From Mobula hypostoma (Eukaryota): DNA of 64,000 nt. A program made the position numbers and the translations under genes. The DNA lies in assembly GCF_963921235.1 (NCBI RefSeq), contig NC_086108.1, forward strand, positions 113,772,001 through 113,836,000, written 5' to 3'. Under the pieces are notes generated by a model that was given only the letters and a program-made list of their open reading frames with translations, had not been told where the DNA came from and searched no databases. Shown here piece by piece: positions 12,157-25,364 of this stretch (position 1 is the first letter of the stretch; each line of letters begins with the position of its first letter).

Positions 12157-14044
12157 AGAGAGGACAGGAAAATTTTTAATTGGGGAAGGGCAAATTATGA
12201 GGCTATAAGGCTAGAACTTGTGGGTGTGAATTGGGATGATGTTTTTGCAGGGAAATGTACTATGGACAATGTGGTCAATGTTTAGGGATCTCTTGCAGGA
12301 TGTTAGGCATAAATTTGTCCCGGTGAGGAAGATAAAGAGTGGTAGGGTGAAGGCACCATGGGTGACAAGTGAGGTGGAAAATCTAGTCAGTGTGGAAGAA
12401 GGCAGCATACATGAGGTTTAGGAAGCAAGGATCAGATGGGTCTATTGAGGAATATAGGGAAGCAAGAAAGGAGCTTAAGAAGGGGCTGAGAAGAGCAAGA
12501 AGGGCGCATGAGAAGGCCTTGGCGAGTAGGGTAAAGGAAAACCCCAAGGCATTCTTCAATTATGTGAAGAACAAAAGGATGACAGGAGTGAAGGTAGGAC
12601 CGATTAGAGATAAAGGTGAGAAGATGTGCCTGGAGGCTGTGGAAGTGAGCAAGATCCTCAATGAATACTTCTCTTCGGTATTCACCAATGAGAGGGAAAT
12701 TGATGAAGGTGAGGACAATATGAGTGAGGTTGATGTTCTGGAGCATGTTGATATTAAGGAAGAGGAGGTATTGGAGTTGTTAAAATACATTAGGACGGAT
12801 AAGTCCCCGGGACCTGACAGAATATTCCCCAGGCTGCTCCACGAGGCGAGGGAAGAGATTGCTGAGCCTCTGGCTAGGATCTTTATGTCCTCGTTGTCCA
12901 TGGGAATGGTACCAGAGGATTGGAGGCAGGCGAATGTTGTCTCCTTGTTCAAAAAAGGTAGGAGGGATAGTCCAGGTAATTATAGACCAGTGAGCCTTAC
13001 GTCTGTGGTGGGAAAGCTGTCGGAAAAGATTCTTAGAGATAGGATCTCTGGGCATTTAGAGAATCATGGTCTGATCAGGGACAGTCAGCATGGCTTTGTG
13101 AAGGGCAGATCGTGTCTAACAAGCCTGATAGAGTTCTTTGAGGAGGTGACCAGGCATATAGATGAGGGTAGTGCAGTGGATGTGATCTATATGGATTTTA
13201 GTAAGGCATTTGACAAGGTTCCATATGGTAGGCTTATTCAGAAAGTCAGAAGACATGGGATCCAGGGAAGTTTGGCCAGGTGGATTCAGAATTGGCCTGC
13301 CTGCAGAAGACAGAAGACAGAGTACAAAGTAAATGGCAGGATACTTGGTAATGTGGAGGAGCAGAGGGATCTGGGGGTACATGTCCGCACATCCCTGAAA
13401 GTTGCCTCACAGGTGGATAGGGTAGTTAAGAAAGCTAATGGGGTGTTAGCTTTCCTAAGTCGAGGGATAGAGTTTAAGAGTCGCGATGTAATGATGCAGC
13501 TCTATAAAACTATGTTTAGGCCACTCTTGGAGTATTGTGTCCAATTCTGGTCGCCTCACTATAGGAAGGATGTGGAAGCATTGGAAAGGGTACAGAGGAG
13601 ACTTACCAGGATGTTGCCTGGTTTAGAGAGTATGCATTATGATCAGAGATTAAGGGAGCTAGGGCTTTACTCTTTGGAGAGCAGGAGGATGAGAGGAGAC
13701 ATGATAGGGGTGTACAAGATAATAAGAGGAACAGATAAAGTGGATAGCCAGCACCTCTTCCCCAGGGCACCACTGCTCAATACAAGAGGACATGGTTTTA
13801 AGGTAAGGGGTGGGAAGTTCACGGGGGATATTAGAGGAAGGTGTTTTACTCAGAGAGTGGTTGGTGTGTTGAATGCACTGCCTGAGTCAGTGGTGGAGGC
13901 AGATACACTAGTGAAGTTTAAGAGACTACTAGACAGGTACATGGAGGAATTTAAGGTGGGGGCTTATATGGGAGGCAGGGTTTGAGGGTCGGCACAACAT
14001 TGTGGGTCGAAGGGCCTGTACTGTGCTGTACTATTCTATGTTCT
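12157..14044 (+). mobile_element. 5'-truncated CR1 LINE (young subfamily) with an in-frame internal RT deletion
   Basis: 531-aa ORF 12390..13985 lacks the 'VPQGS...FADD' segment present in sister copies. 3' end 'tattctatgttct'. Confidence 0.9.
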
Positions 14045-14870
14045 GAAACAGAAGAGATGGTTGTGGACTTCAGGAGGACACAGAGCGACCACTCTCCACT
14101 GAACATTGACGACTCCTCCATCGAGGTCGTTAAGAGTACCAAGTTTCTTGGTACTCACCTGGCGGAGAATCTCACCTGGTCTTCTGAACACCAGCTCCAT
14201 AGCAGAGCCCAGCAGCGTCTCTACTTTCTGTGAAGGCTGAGAAAAGTCCATCTCCCACTCCCCATCCTCACCACATTCTACAGAGGTTGTATTGAGAGCA
14301 TCCTGAGTAGCTGCATCACTGCCTGGTTCAGAAGTTGCACCATCTCGGATCTCAAGACCCTGCAGCGGATTGTGAGGTCAGCTGAGAAGATCATCGGGGT
14401 CTCTCTTCCCGCCATTACAGACATTTACACCACACGCTGCGTCCCTAAAGCAAACAGCATTATGAAGGACCCCACGCACCCCTTATACAAACTCTTCTCC
14501 CTCCTGCCATCTGGCAAAAGGCACCAAAGTATTCCGGCTCTCACGACCATACTACGTAACGGTTTCTTTCCCCAAGCCATCAGACTCATCAATACCCAGA
14601 GCCTGGACTGACACCAACCTACTGCCCTCTACTGTGCCTATTGTTTTGTTTATTATTTATTGTAATGCCTGCACTATTTTGTGCACTTTCTGCAGTCCTG
14701 GGTAGGTCTGTAGTCTAGTGTAGTTCTTGTGTTGTTTTACGTAGTTCAGTGTAGTTTTTATATTGTTTCATGTAGAACCATGGTCCTGAAAAATGTTGTC
14801 TTGTTTTTAAAGTGTACTGTACCAGTATGGTCGAAATGACAATAAAAAGTGACTTGACTTGACTTGACAT
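14045..14870 (+). mobile_element. Rex1/Babar-type LINE 3' fragment
   Basis: 'EMVVDFRR', 'SAEKIIGVSLP...DPTHP...LLPSGKR', tail (gactt)n. Confidence 0.75.
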
Positions 14871-15004
14871 ATAATTGAAACTGTATGCCATTAGTCCATG
14901 GTAAAACTGTACTGCATTCACTCCTATACAAGCCCTGACACCTAGAAATTAATGTGATATCTAAATTGGCGAAACTGAGCTCCTTTACAATAAATACAGA
15001 CAAT

Positions 15005-15922
15005 TCTGTGGATGACACGAAGATTGGAGGAGTTGTGGATGGAACTGTAGGTTGTCGAAGGTTACAAGAGGATATATACAGGATGCAGAGTTGGGCAGAA
15101 AAATGGCAGATGGCGTTCAATCCGAATAAGTGTGAGGTGATACATTTTGGAAGGACAAACCAGAAGGCTGAGTACAGGGTTAATGGTCAGTTACTTAAGA
15201 GTGTGGATGAACAGAGGAACCTTGGGGTTCAAATCCATACATCCCTCAAGGATGATGCACAGGTTGATAGGATAGTTAAGAAGGCCTAGGGGATGCTAGG
15301 CTTCGTTAATCGGGGGATTGAGTTCAAGAGTAGAGAGGTCATATTGCAACTCTACAAATCTCTGGTGAGACCACACTTAGAGTATTGTGTTCAGTTCTGG
15401 TCACCTCATTATAGGAAGGATGTGGAAGCTATGGAGAGGGTGCAGAGGAGATTTACCAGGATGTTGCCTGGATTGGAAAACAAGTCTTATGAGGCAATGT
15501 TAGCAGAGCTGGGACTTTTCTCTTTGGAGCGTAGGAGGATGAAAGGGGACTTGATAGAGGTCTACAAGATTATGAGAGGCATAGATAGGGTGGATAGCCA
15601 GTACCTGTTTCCCAGGGCAGGAATAGCAAACGCCAGAGGGCATATGTACAAAGTTAAGGGAGGGAAGTTTAGAGGAAACATCAGGGGTAAGTTTTTTTTA
15701 CACAGAGGGTTGTGAGTGCCTGGAATGACTTGCCAGGGATGGTGGTAGAGGCTAAAACATTAGGGGTATTTAAGAGCCTCTTGGACAGGCACATGGATGA
15801 AAGAAAAATAGAGGATTACGGGGTAGTGTGGGTTTAGTACTTTTTTTTAAGGAATATATGCGTCGGCACAACATCGAGGGCCGAAGGACCTGTACTGTGC
15901 TGTAGTATTCTAGTGTCTAGTG
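15005..15922 (+). mobile_element. CR1 LINE 3' fragment (second subfamily)
   Basis: 'DDTKIGG...LVRPHLEYCVQFWSPH', with 3' end 'attctagtgtctagtg'. Confidence 0.85.
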
Positions 15923-16489
15923 CTTAGTATCTGAAAAGACTCAGCAGGCGAGGCAGCATCTGTGGAGAAAGAAACAGGTAAAAACAGATAGAACTGGGGA
16001 AGAAAATACACAAATTTGTTCAAAGTTGCGGAGAAAATTGGAGTGGCAGCAGTGGATAGAAGGGTTGGATACTAAAATGCCTTGCCTCACACATGGAAAT
16101 AACATTATGGCATGGACTAGATGGGCTGAAGAGTCAGTTTCTGTGCTCTGCGACTATGACTCTAAAAGTGATGAAAATTTCTGTATATATCGGAAGTAGC
16201 TTCACACCAACAGCACTATTTCAAAAATTCTATGGCACTTTGTCTGTGTTCTTTCTCTCTAACTGAACTTGATTAGTAGATTTTGTTCATTTCTCTTTCT
16301 AACTGTCCCTATTCTCTCAACAACCATATGGGCAACTTATCCAGCAATGCTGGCCCAGAAACTCCTCCTTTGTCCAATTCATCCACATTCCCCTCTCCTA
16401 CCTTCTCTGCAGCTCAAAACTGTTTCCTCTGTACTAATTCTGAAGATAGGCTCTCAACGCAAAGTATTTTCTCTGTTTCACTTTTTACA

Positions 16490-17834
16490 TGTAACCCTGA
16501 GGTTCGGCTAGCACGTGTTTGTCTAGGAGAAGACAGCCTCTGGCCCAGCCAAACTAAGAAATCTCATTTGTGTGGATGCTGCGTGATGTGTTGCCCAGTT
16601 ATAAATCCGAACCGCAAAATATCAGACAGTACACCATCTGCCAGCGGTCCCCAACCACCGGGCCGCGGACCGATACCGGGCCGCAAAGCACGTGCTACCA
16701 GGCCGTGAGGAAACGATATGAATCAGCTTCACCTTTCCTCATTCCCTATCACGCACTGTTGAACTTGAACATAGGATTGACAACTGTCCCATATTTGCCG
16801 GGACATCCCGTATATTGGGCTAATTTGGTTTGTCCCGTATCTCCCCCGCTAAGGTAGAGCGTTCCTATGAAACCTTTCGTGCCGAAATGGCATGAAGTGA
16901 AAAAGCAACTAGCATTAATTTATATGGGAAAAATTTTTGAGCATTCCCGGACCCAAAAAATAGCCTACCAAATAACACATAAAACCGAAAATAAATAACA
17001 CTAATGTATAGTAAAAGCAGGAATGATATGATAAATACACAGCCTATATAAAGTAGAAATAATGTATGTACAGTATAGTTGGGAAGATGAAGGTAAAACC
17101 GACTTGTGGGAGAAAAAAAATCGACACGGACGCGCATGCGCACATCACATGCGCACGTCACGCATGCGCACACAGGTGCCTGCGTAAGACTTCATGGTCA
17201 TGGTAGTCTTTTCTGGGATAAAGTGTCCCGGGATTTGACTGCTACTTTTGTCCCTCATTTGGGAGTGAGAAAGTTGGCAACTCTAACTGTAAAAGACACG
17301 CTGAGGTGAGTTTAACCCTACTTCAACACCCCCCATCCCTCCGTCAGCCGGTCCGTAAGAATATTGTCTATATTAAACTGGTCCGGTCTGCGGTGCAAAA
17401 AAGGCTGGGGACTCCTGCCATATGCAATTAAACAACTGAACTTTACAAATCTTAATCTGATTACAGGGTTAGTAAAGAAAATAAAAAGAGAAAGGGCCCA
17501 TTTTAATGAAACAGTCTAATGTGCACGTTGGAGTTCACGGATTGCGTCCATTCATCTCCCATCGACCTCCGACCCTCGTTCCAGGTCCACTCTGTCCGGC
17601 AGTCTACCAACTCGTTCCATTCATGTTTTCCCTCTTCATCTCTCACCAACAAAAGACTGCAAAATCCCTGCTCCCAGACCCACAAGAAAGAACAACATGC
17701 CTCTAATTGGCAGCATACATTCCAAAGCCCCCGTTATCTCTAATCATAACCCAAACATTGCTGCTACAGAGAAACCATTTCCTTAGCAGTAGAACATTAC
17801 AGGGAGGCCATTACATTAGCAATGAAATCTTACA
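16490..17834. mobile_element. Probable solo-LTR-like repeat interrupted by a MITE
   Basis: TGTAAC start, TTACA end, non-coding. No clear TSD found. Confidence 0.35.
16642..17417. mobile_element. Composite non-autonomous hAT-type MITE
   Basis: TIR-like ends CAGCGGTCCCCAACC / GGCTGGGGACTCCTG and an 8-bp TSD CCATCTGC/CCATATGC. Contains a second TIR-like pair (about 16772 and 17285) and a Tigger-end segment. Confidence 0.7.
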
Positions 17835-17849
17835 GGGCTCACATACACT

Positions 17850-18974
17850 ATGTTCCATACGGTAGGCTTATTCAGAAAGTCAGAAGGCATGTGATCCAAG
17901 GAAGTTTGGCCAGGTGGATTCAGAATTGGCTTGCCTGCAGAAAGCAGAGGGTCATGGTGGAGGGAGTACATTCGGATTGGAGGGTTGTGACTAGTGGTGT
18001 CCCACAAGGATTGGTTCTGGGACCTCTACTTTTCATGATTTTTATTAACAACCTCGATGTGAAGGGTGGGTTGGCAAGTTTGCAGATGACGCAAAGGTTG
18101 GCGGTGTTGTGGATAGTGTAGAGGATTGTCGAAGATTGCAGAGAGACATTGATAGGATGCAGAAGTGGGCTGAGACGAGGCAGATGGAGTCCAACCCGAA
18201 AAAGCGTGAGGTGGTACTCTTTGGAAGGACAAACTCCAAGGCAGAGTACAAAGTAAATGGCAGGATGCTTGGTAGTGTGGAGGAGCAGAGGGATCTGGGG
18301 GTACATGTCCACACATCCTTGAAAGTTGCCTTACAGGTAGATAGGGTAGTTAAGAAACCTTATGGAGTGTTAGCTTTCATAAGTCAAAGGACAGAGTTTA
18401 AGAGTCGCAAGGTAATGATGCAGCTCTATAAAACTCTGGTTAGGCCACACTTGGAGTACTGTGTCCAGTTCTGGTCACCTCACTATAGGAAGGATGTGGA
18501 AGCATTGGAAAGGGTACAGAGGAGATTTACCAGGATACTGCATGGTTTAGAGAGTATGCATTATGATCAGAGATTAAGGGAGCTAGGACTTTACTCTCTA
18601 GAGAGAAGGAGGATGAGAGGAGACATGATAGAGGTATACAAGGTATTAAGAGGAACAGATAGAGTAGACAGCCAGTGCCTCTTCTCCAGGGCCCCACTGC
18701 TCAATACAAGAGGACATGGCTTTAAGGTAAGGGGTGGGAAGTTCAAGGGGGATATTAGAGGAAGGTTTTTTACTCAGAGAGTGGTTGGTGCGTGGAATGC
18801 ACTGCCTGAGTCAGTGGTGGAGGCAGATACACTAGTGAAATTTAAGAGACTACTAGACAGGTATATGGAGGAATTTAAGGTGCGGGGGGAGGGTTATATA
18901 GGAGGCAGAGTTTAAGGGTCGGCACAACATTGTGGGCCTCAGGGCCTGTACTGTGCTGTACTATTCTATGTTCT
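17850..18974 (+). mobile_element. CR1 LINE 3' portion (young subfamily)
   Basis: ORFs 17822..18121 and 18109..18915 are near-identical to the copies at 12157, 26215 and 62280. Confidence 0.9.
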
Positions 18975-18994
18975 GTGCATTTATAACAAATCAT

Positions 18995-20370
18995 AAACAC
19001 AAGGAAACCTGCAGATGCTGGAAATCCAGAGCACCACAAAATGCTGGAGGAACTCAGTAAGTCAGAGCGCATATCTGCAAATGATTAAACAGACAACATT
19101 TCAGGCCAAGACCCATCTTCAACACTGGAAAGGAAGGGGAAGATGCCAGAACGTAAAGGTGGGGAAGAGGGGAAGGAAGATAGCTAGAAGGTGATAGGTG
19201 AAGATAGGTGGATCAGAAAGATAATGGTCTGGAGAGGAAGGAATCTGTTTGGAGAGGAGAGTTGACCGTAGGAGAAAGGGAAGGAGGAGAGGATCCAGTA
19301 AAGCGGTAGGCAGGTATAAGAGGCTAGAGTCAGTAATAGAAGAAGAGGAGAAGGGGAGGGAGTTTTTTTTAAGACACAAGGAGAAATCAATATTCCTGCT
19401 ATCAGTTTGGAGGCTACCCAGATGGAATGTAAGATGTTACTCTCCACCCTGAGGGTGGCCTCATCTTGGCCCAGAAGGAGGCCATGGGTTGGCATGTCAG
19501 AATGTGATTTGGAATTAAAATATTTGACCATCGGGAAGTTCCGCTTTTGGCAGATGAAGCAGAGGTGCTCAACAAAGCAGTTCCCTAATTTACAACAGGT
19601 CTCATCAATGCAGAGGAGGCCACACTGGGTACACTGGACACAATAGATGACCCCAGCTGAATTGCACATGAAGTGTTGCCTCACCTGGAAGGACTGTTTG
19701 GGGCCCTGAAAAGAGAAGAGGAAGGAGGTTAACTGGCAAGTTTAGCACTTTGGCCGCTTGTTGGGATAAGTGCTGGGAGAGAGACAAGAGAATCAGGGAG
19801 AGAGTAATCCCTGAGGAAAGCAGAGGGAAGATCATGTTCAGTGGCGGAATCCCTTTGGAGATAGCAGAATGCGGAGGATGCTGTGTTGGATGCAGAGGCT
19901 CATGGAGTGGTAGGTAAGGACAAGAACTCTATCACTGTTAAGGTGGCAGGAAGATGGGGTGAGTGTGGATATTCGAGAAATGGAGGAGATGTGGATGAGG
20001 GCAGCATCTGTAGTGGAGGAAGGTAAACACAGTTCTTTGAAGGAGGAGGATATCTCTGATGTCCTGAGAAGGAAAGCCATATCCTGGAATAGATGTGGCG
20101 GATAAATACGAACTGAGAAAAGGGAGTAGCATTTTAACAGGAGATGGTGGGAAGAGGTATAATCAAGATAACTGTAGGAATCAGTAGATTTATAAAAGAT
20201 GTTGAGTCAACAGTTTGTCTGCAGAGATGGAGACAGAAATCAAGAAAGGGGAGGGTGGTGTCAGAAACGGACCAAGTGAATTTAAGGGCTGGGTGGAAGT
20301 TAGAGGCAAAGTTGATTAAATTGATGAGCTCTTCATTAGTGCATGAAGCAGCACCAATGTCATCAATGTA
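18995..20370 (-). mobile_element. Decayed Penelope-like element (GIY-YIG)
   Basis: 'GVIYCVQCTQCGLLCIDET...LGNCFVEHL', plus a terminal repeat like those at 56633 and 58659. Confidence 0.75.
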
Positions 20371-21929
20371 TTTCCAGCAGTTCGTTTTTTTTTCATTTTA
20401 GATTTCTAGTATATGTAGTTTTCTAATTTAGTTTTAGATAGTGAATTATTGTGATAATTACAATAGTCAGAAGTGAAATTGAAGTACATTTAGTAGAAAT
20501 TTCAGTAAGGAATGAATTCTTGGCCTCCCAGTCTACCAGCACTGCCCTTTCCCTGTAACTGAAACATTAAGTTCGCTATAACATGATCAAAGATCAAATT
20601 CATGTTCAAGTTTAATTATCATTCAACCAAACCCATGTATATAGCTAAACAAAACAATGTTCATCTGGGGCCAAGGAGTAAAACACAGTACCAACAGCAC
20701 AAGGCACATTTAGCACATATAGTTACAATAGCAGTAAAACATACAGTCACACAAAAATGTAAATAATATAGCCCATGCCTGAGCAACATGGCCTGTAAAT
20801 TGATGCTTCATGGGGTGTTGACCTGGAGTCACATTTCTGCAAGAACAAACCCACAGCAGTTCCTCATCACGTGCAAGTGCAGCCACAGACAAATGCAATC
20901 CCGCTTGCCTTCCACCAAGCAAACACTGGAGGGCAGCACCGATGGGAGGGGCCAGCCCCCAAACCAACCATGCCGTGTCACCAACAGCAGCTCCTCCCCT
21001 GGGAGGCTACAACATGTATCTCCACAGCATGAGGACCTGATAAACGCAAAAACCGAGGTCACGCAGCTCCCCCACGATCAGTCTTACCGATGAACCAGTG
21101 AACCAGACCTGCAGTATTCTACATTATCAATGTCCAACAGGGTTTTGCAATCACCAGAAAAATGTCCAAGACAATCACTTGCAGCATTTGTTGGACTGCA
21201 CACCACTTCCGTGCACTGCCTTCCTCCTTGGGTGGATGTAGCAAGCTGCGACACCTCCAGCTCCACTGCTATTGAGCAACCAGCTGATGGGGCAGACCCG
21301 CAGTGCTTGATGTTCTTAATACCCAGCATCTCCTGCCATTATAAAAAGATTTAAAAGATGAACATTTGGACCCAGAGGGACCACTATGACCAAGTGCACC
21401 ATCTTACCAGAAGAAACTGCAGAGATGTGTGGACACAGCTCAGGAACCAGTCATGAACTGTCTACAGTTCTCAGTAAACCAACCAGCAAAATCAAAGACC
21501 CCGCTCACCCTGGGTATGCTCTCTTCTACCCCCTCCCTTCAGCCCTTCAGGCAGAAAATACGAAAGCCTGAAAATACGAACCTCCAGGCTCAAGGACCTC
21601 TTTTATCCCACTGTTATTTTATTGAATGGTCCCCTAGTATGAGAGAATGGACTCTTGACCTTCCAACCTACCTCAGTATGACCTTGCAACTCATTGTTTT
21701 ACCATTGTATTGTCTCAATGCACTGTGTAATGAAATGATCTGTATGAACAGTACACAAGTTTATCCAGTGTACCTCAGTACATGCAACAATAATAAACTA
21801 ATTTTGAAATTTAAACCAATTTAGCAATATTCTGCATCTTTGATATACTCATGTTTGCCATGATCTGTCTGGATGGTATGCAAACAGATGATTTTCACCG
21901 TATCTTAGTAACTGTGATAATAATATAAC

Positions 21930-22553
21930 CATATAACAGTTACAGCACGAAAATAGGCCATCTCGGCCCCTCTAATCCGTGCCAAACACTTACTCTCACC
22001 TAGTTCCACCGACCTGCACTCAGCCCATAACCCTCCATTCCTTTCCTGTCCATATAGCTATCCAATTTAACTTTAAACAACAACATCGAACCTGCCTCAA
22101 CCACTTCTGCTGGAAGCTCGTTCCACACAGCTACCACTCTCTGAGTAAAGAAGTTCCCCCTCATGTTACCCCTAAACTTTTGCCCTTTAACTCTCAACTC
22201 ATGTCCTCTTGTTTGAATCTCCCCCACTCTCAATGGAAAAAGTCTATCTATGTCAACTCTATCTATCCACCTCATAATTTTGAATACCTCTATCAAGTCC
22301 CCCCTCAACCTTCTACGTTCCAAAGAATAAAGACCCAACTTGTTCAACCTTTCTCTGTAACTTAGCTGATGAAACCCAGGTAACATTCTAGTAAATCTTC
22401 TCTGTACTCTCTCTATTTTGTTAACATCTTTCCTACAATTCGGTGACCTGAACTGTACACAATACTCCAAATTTGGCCTTACCAATGCCTTGTACAATTT
22501 TAACATTACATCCCAACTACTATACTCAATGCTCTGATTTATAAAGGCCAGCA
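21930..22553 (-). mobile_element. CR1 LINE 3' fragment
   Basis: '[16 protein letters not shown]...[10 protein letters not shown]...FFTQRVV'. Confidence 0.85.
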
Positions 22554-22753
22554 TACTAATAGCAAATTGATACAGTGAAATATCAGAGATATATGACTGT
22601 GGACAAGGATATATAAGGAAAAAGCCAGTGTTTCCCCAAATAGCTCCTGTCTGTGCTACACTATCCTCAAGCTCTATGAATTTAGACAAAACAAAAATAC
22701 AACATAAATTATTTGTTATTTCACTGTCACTGATTGTTCCTTCATATAGATAC

Positions 22754-22927
22754 CTGGGATCCCTGTTGTTAATGGTCAGTTCAAGGTGCTGAGCAGAGGC
22801 TGAATCGATCATTGCAGTTTGTTCACTCCCCTTGAAGACAACTTTCAGGGATTTTGGAGCATAAACCGTATTCTGTATGAACTCAACATACTTCAGCAAG
22901 GCTGCAGCTGCTGCCAGACTGTAGTAT
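22754..22927 (-). CDS. MSH4: Internal coding exon of MutS homolog 4 (meiotic MutS-gamma subunit)
   Basis: 174-bp exon with a polypyrimidine acceptor (ttttctattacttttgcAG) and a donor (AG|GTATCT). It translates to [57 protein letters not shown], matching recalled human MSH4 [56 protein letters not shown]. Confidence 0.92.
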
Positions 22928-25364
22928 CTGCAAAAGTAATAGAAAAATTGTCAAATGAATCTTGCATTCTTCCAGTTCTCGCCTTGTGGAACATAGAACA
23001 TAGAACACTAGACCGAAATACAGGACCTTTGGTGCACAATGTTCTGCCAACCTTTCATTAATAATATAATAATAACCATTTATATAGCACCTTTCATACA
23101 TTAAATTGCAGGATCAAAATTTTACATAGTTTGTAAAGATAATTTAATATAGTCAGAAAAATATAAAGCAAAATTAAAAATCATAAGACAAACATAACAC
23201 AGAATAAAATGTAATAGAATATACAAAATTATATAAACATAATCAACATCAACAGGCATTAAGTAATCCTATAAATAGGCCAAATTAAATTAGGTTTTCA
23301 AAAGTGTTTTGAAACATTCCACAGTACTGGCCTGGCATACCTCAGTCGGTAGAGTATTCCAGATTTTTGTTGCGTAAGAGCAAAAGTCCGCCTCACAAGT
23401 TTTTATATGCTTGGCTCAAGGAAAACTAAGCTAACCAGTATTTGAAGATCTAAGATTACGATGAGGGATGTAAGGGAATACACACTCCAAAAGCTAGATT
23501 ATTCAAAGCCTTATATACAATTAAGAGTATTTTAAAATTGACCCCAAAGGACACAGGCAGCTAATGTAACGATGCCAAACCTAGTGAAATATGCTAAGAT
23601 TTTCTTTTTTTTTGGTTAAGATTTTTGCTGCTGCATTTTCAATAAGCTGCAGCTGATTTATATCTTTCTTAGGCTGATCTGGCCTGAAAAGAGTGCATTA
23701 CAGTAGTCGAATCAGCTAAAAACAAAAGTGTGTATCAGTTTTTCGGCACTTTGAGATGCCATAAGAAATCGAACTCTTCAATGTTCCTTAAATGTCGTCT
23801 TAATAATTATGGTTAATATGTGATTTGAAATTTAGCTCAGAGCTAACAATAAGATTTGAATTCCTTACTTCTGATTTGATTCGTAAGGCCAGATGATCAA
23901 GTGAATTTCTAAAATTCACACTTCTTACTGGTACCAATATTCGTTTTTTCTGACTTAGTTTGTGGAAATTCAAACTCATCCATACTGTAAAGCTAGTAAA
24001 GCATCAGACCAGAGGATTTAGAGCCTCAGGGTCATCTGGCATAATTGACAAATACAATTGTATGTCGTCGGCATAACTCTGGTAATTCACATTGTGTTTT
24101 GAAATAATCTGACCTAATGAGAGCAGGTAGAGAGAACAACAATGGGCCAAGAATTGATCTCTGTGGTACACCACACACAATATCATGGACAACAAAAAGG
24201 TGGTCACAGGAGGCAGAGGAGGGGTTAGGGGATTGCTTTGATTCAGTGGATGGGGCCATGTTCAAGGACTAACCAGTGGATCTGAATGAATACACCATGG
24301 TTGTCATGGACTTCATTAAAACTGTGTAGACAAGTGTGTCCCCACAAAATTATTCAGAGTCTTCCCCAACTAGAAGCCCTGGATGAACCACGAGATCCGC
24401 ATTCTCATGAGGGCCAGGTCAAAAGCATTCAAGTCTGGTGACAAAGTAAGTTACAAGAGGTTCAGTTAAGATCTCTGGAAGCCATCTCATGGGTGAAATG
24501 GCAACTTCAGACTAAGCTTGAATCAATGAAGGATGCTCGAGAGTTGTGGCAGGGCTTAGATATTATTACCTTATAAAGTTCCAGTAACATAGGCAACAAC
24601 AGGGTTTCATTTCCAGATGAGCTCAACGCCTTCTATGCTTGCTTTGACCGTTAAAACTTGGAGGAACCATCACGAACTCCCACAGTCTCTGATGATCATG
24701 CGCTTTCAGTCCCTGAGGCCAAGATGCAAGCAGCCTTCAGGAGGGTGAACCCACGAAAAGTATCTGACCCAGATGAGGTACATAGCCAGGTACTAAAAAC
24801 CTGTTGTGATCAACTGGCTGGAGAGTTCACGGGGATCTTTAACCTCTTGCTTCGGCAGTCTGAGGTACCCACCTGCTTTAAGTAGACTTCAGATATACTG
24901 GTGCCTAAGAAGGATGTGGTAGCACACACAAAATGCTGGCGGAACTCAGCAGGCCAGGCAGCATCTATGGGAAAGACTAAACAACTGACATATCGGACCA
25001 AGACTCTTCATCAGGACTGAAAGTTGCCTCGTGAGTATACTCCTGTTGCACTTACATTCACCGTGACGAAGCATTTTGAGAGGCTAATGATTAAACATAC
25101 AAACTCCTGCCTGAGATGCAACTTGGATGCACTCCAATTTACCTACCAGAGCATCAGGTCAACAGCAGATGCCATCGCATTGGCTCCTCACTCAACCCTG
25201 GAACATCTACACAGCAAAGATACGTATATCAAAGATACTCTTTATCAACTGCAACACAGCATTCAATACCATCATCCCTTCAAAACTAATCAAGAAACTT
25301 CAAGATCTTGGCCTCAACACTTCCTTGTGCAATTGGTTCCTCAATTGCAGACCCCAGTCGGTGT

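Larger units (their letters stand above)
4257..12158 (+). mobile_element. Gypsy LTR retrotransposon A (gag-pro-RT), split by an L1 and truncated by a CR1
   Basis: gag 'LKLPTFW...WFDQAEAQF' and 'WCFYHQRWG...C...C'; protease 'FLVDTGAEISVLP'; RT 'SPWASPLH...WRPCGDYRRLN...FSKVDL...YHQIPV'; RT resumes at 11998 with 'VFIYLDDILIVS'. Contains stops and frameshifts. Confidence 0.9.

Noticed and set aside
20400..20600. Possible additional MSH4 exon in apparently unique sequence (14870-15000 and 16160-16490 also checked)
   Set aside because: No translation resembled the expected neighbouring MSH4 exons.
22000..22899. 299-aa ORF that appears to fuse MSH4 with a CR1 RT C-terminus
   Set aside because: MSH4 similarity stops exactly at a GT donor (22753). 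The rest is chance read-through of intron into a CR1 fragment.
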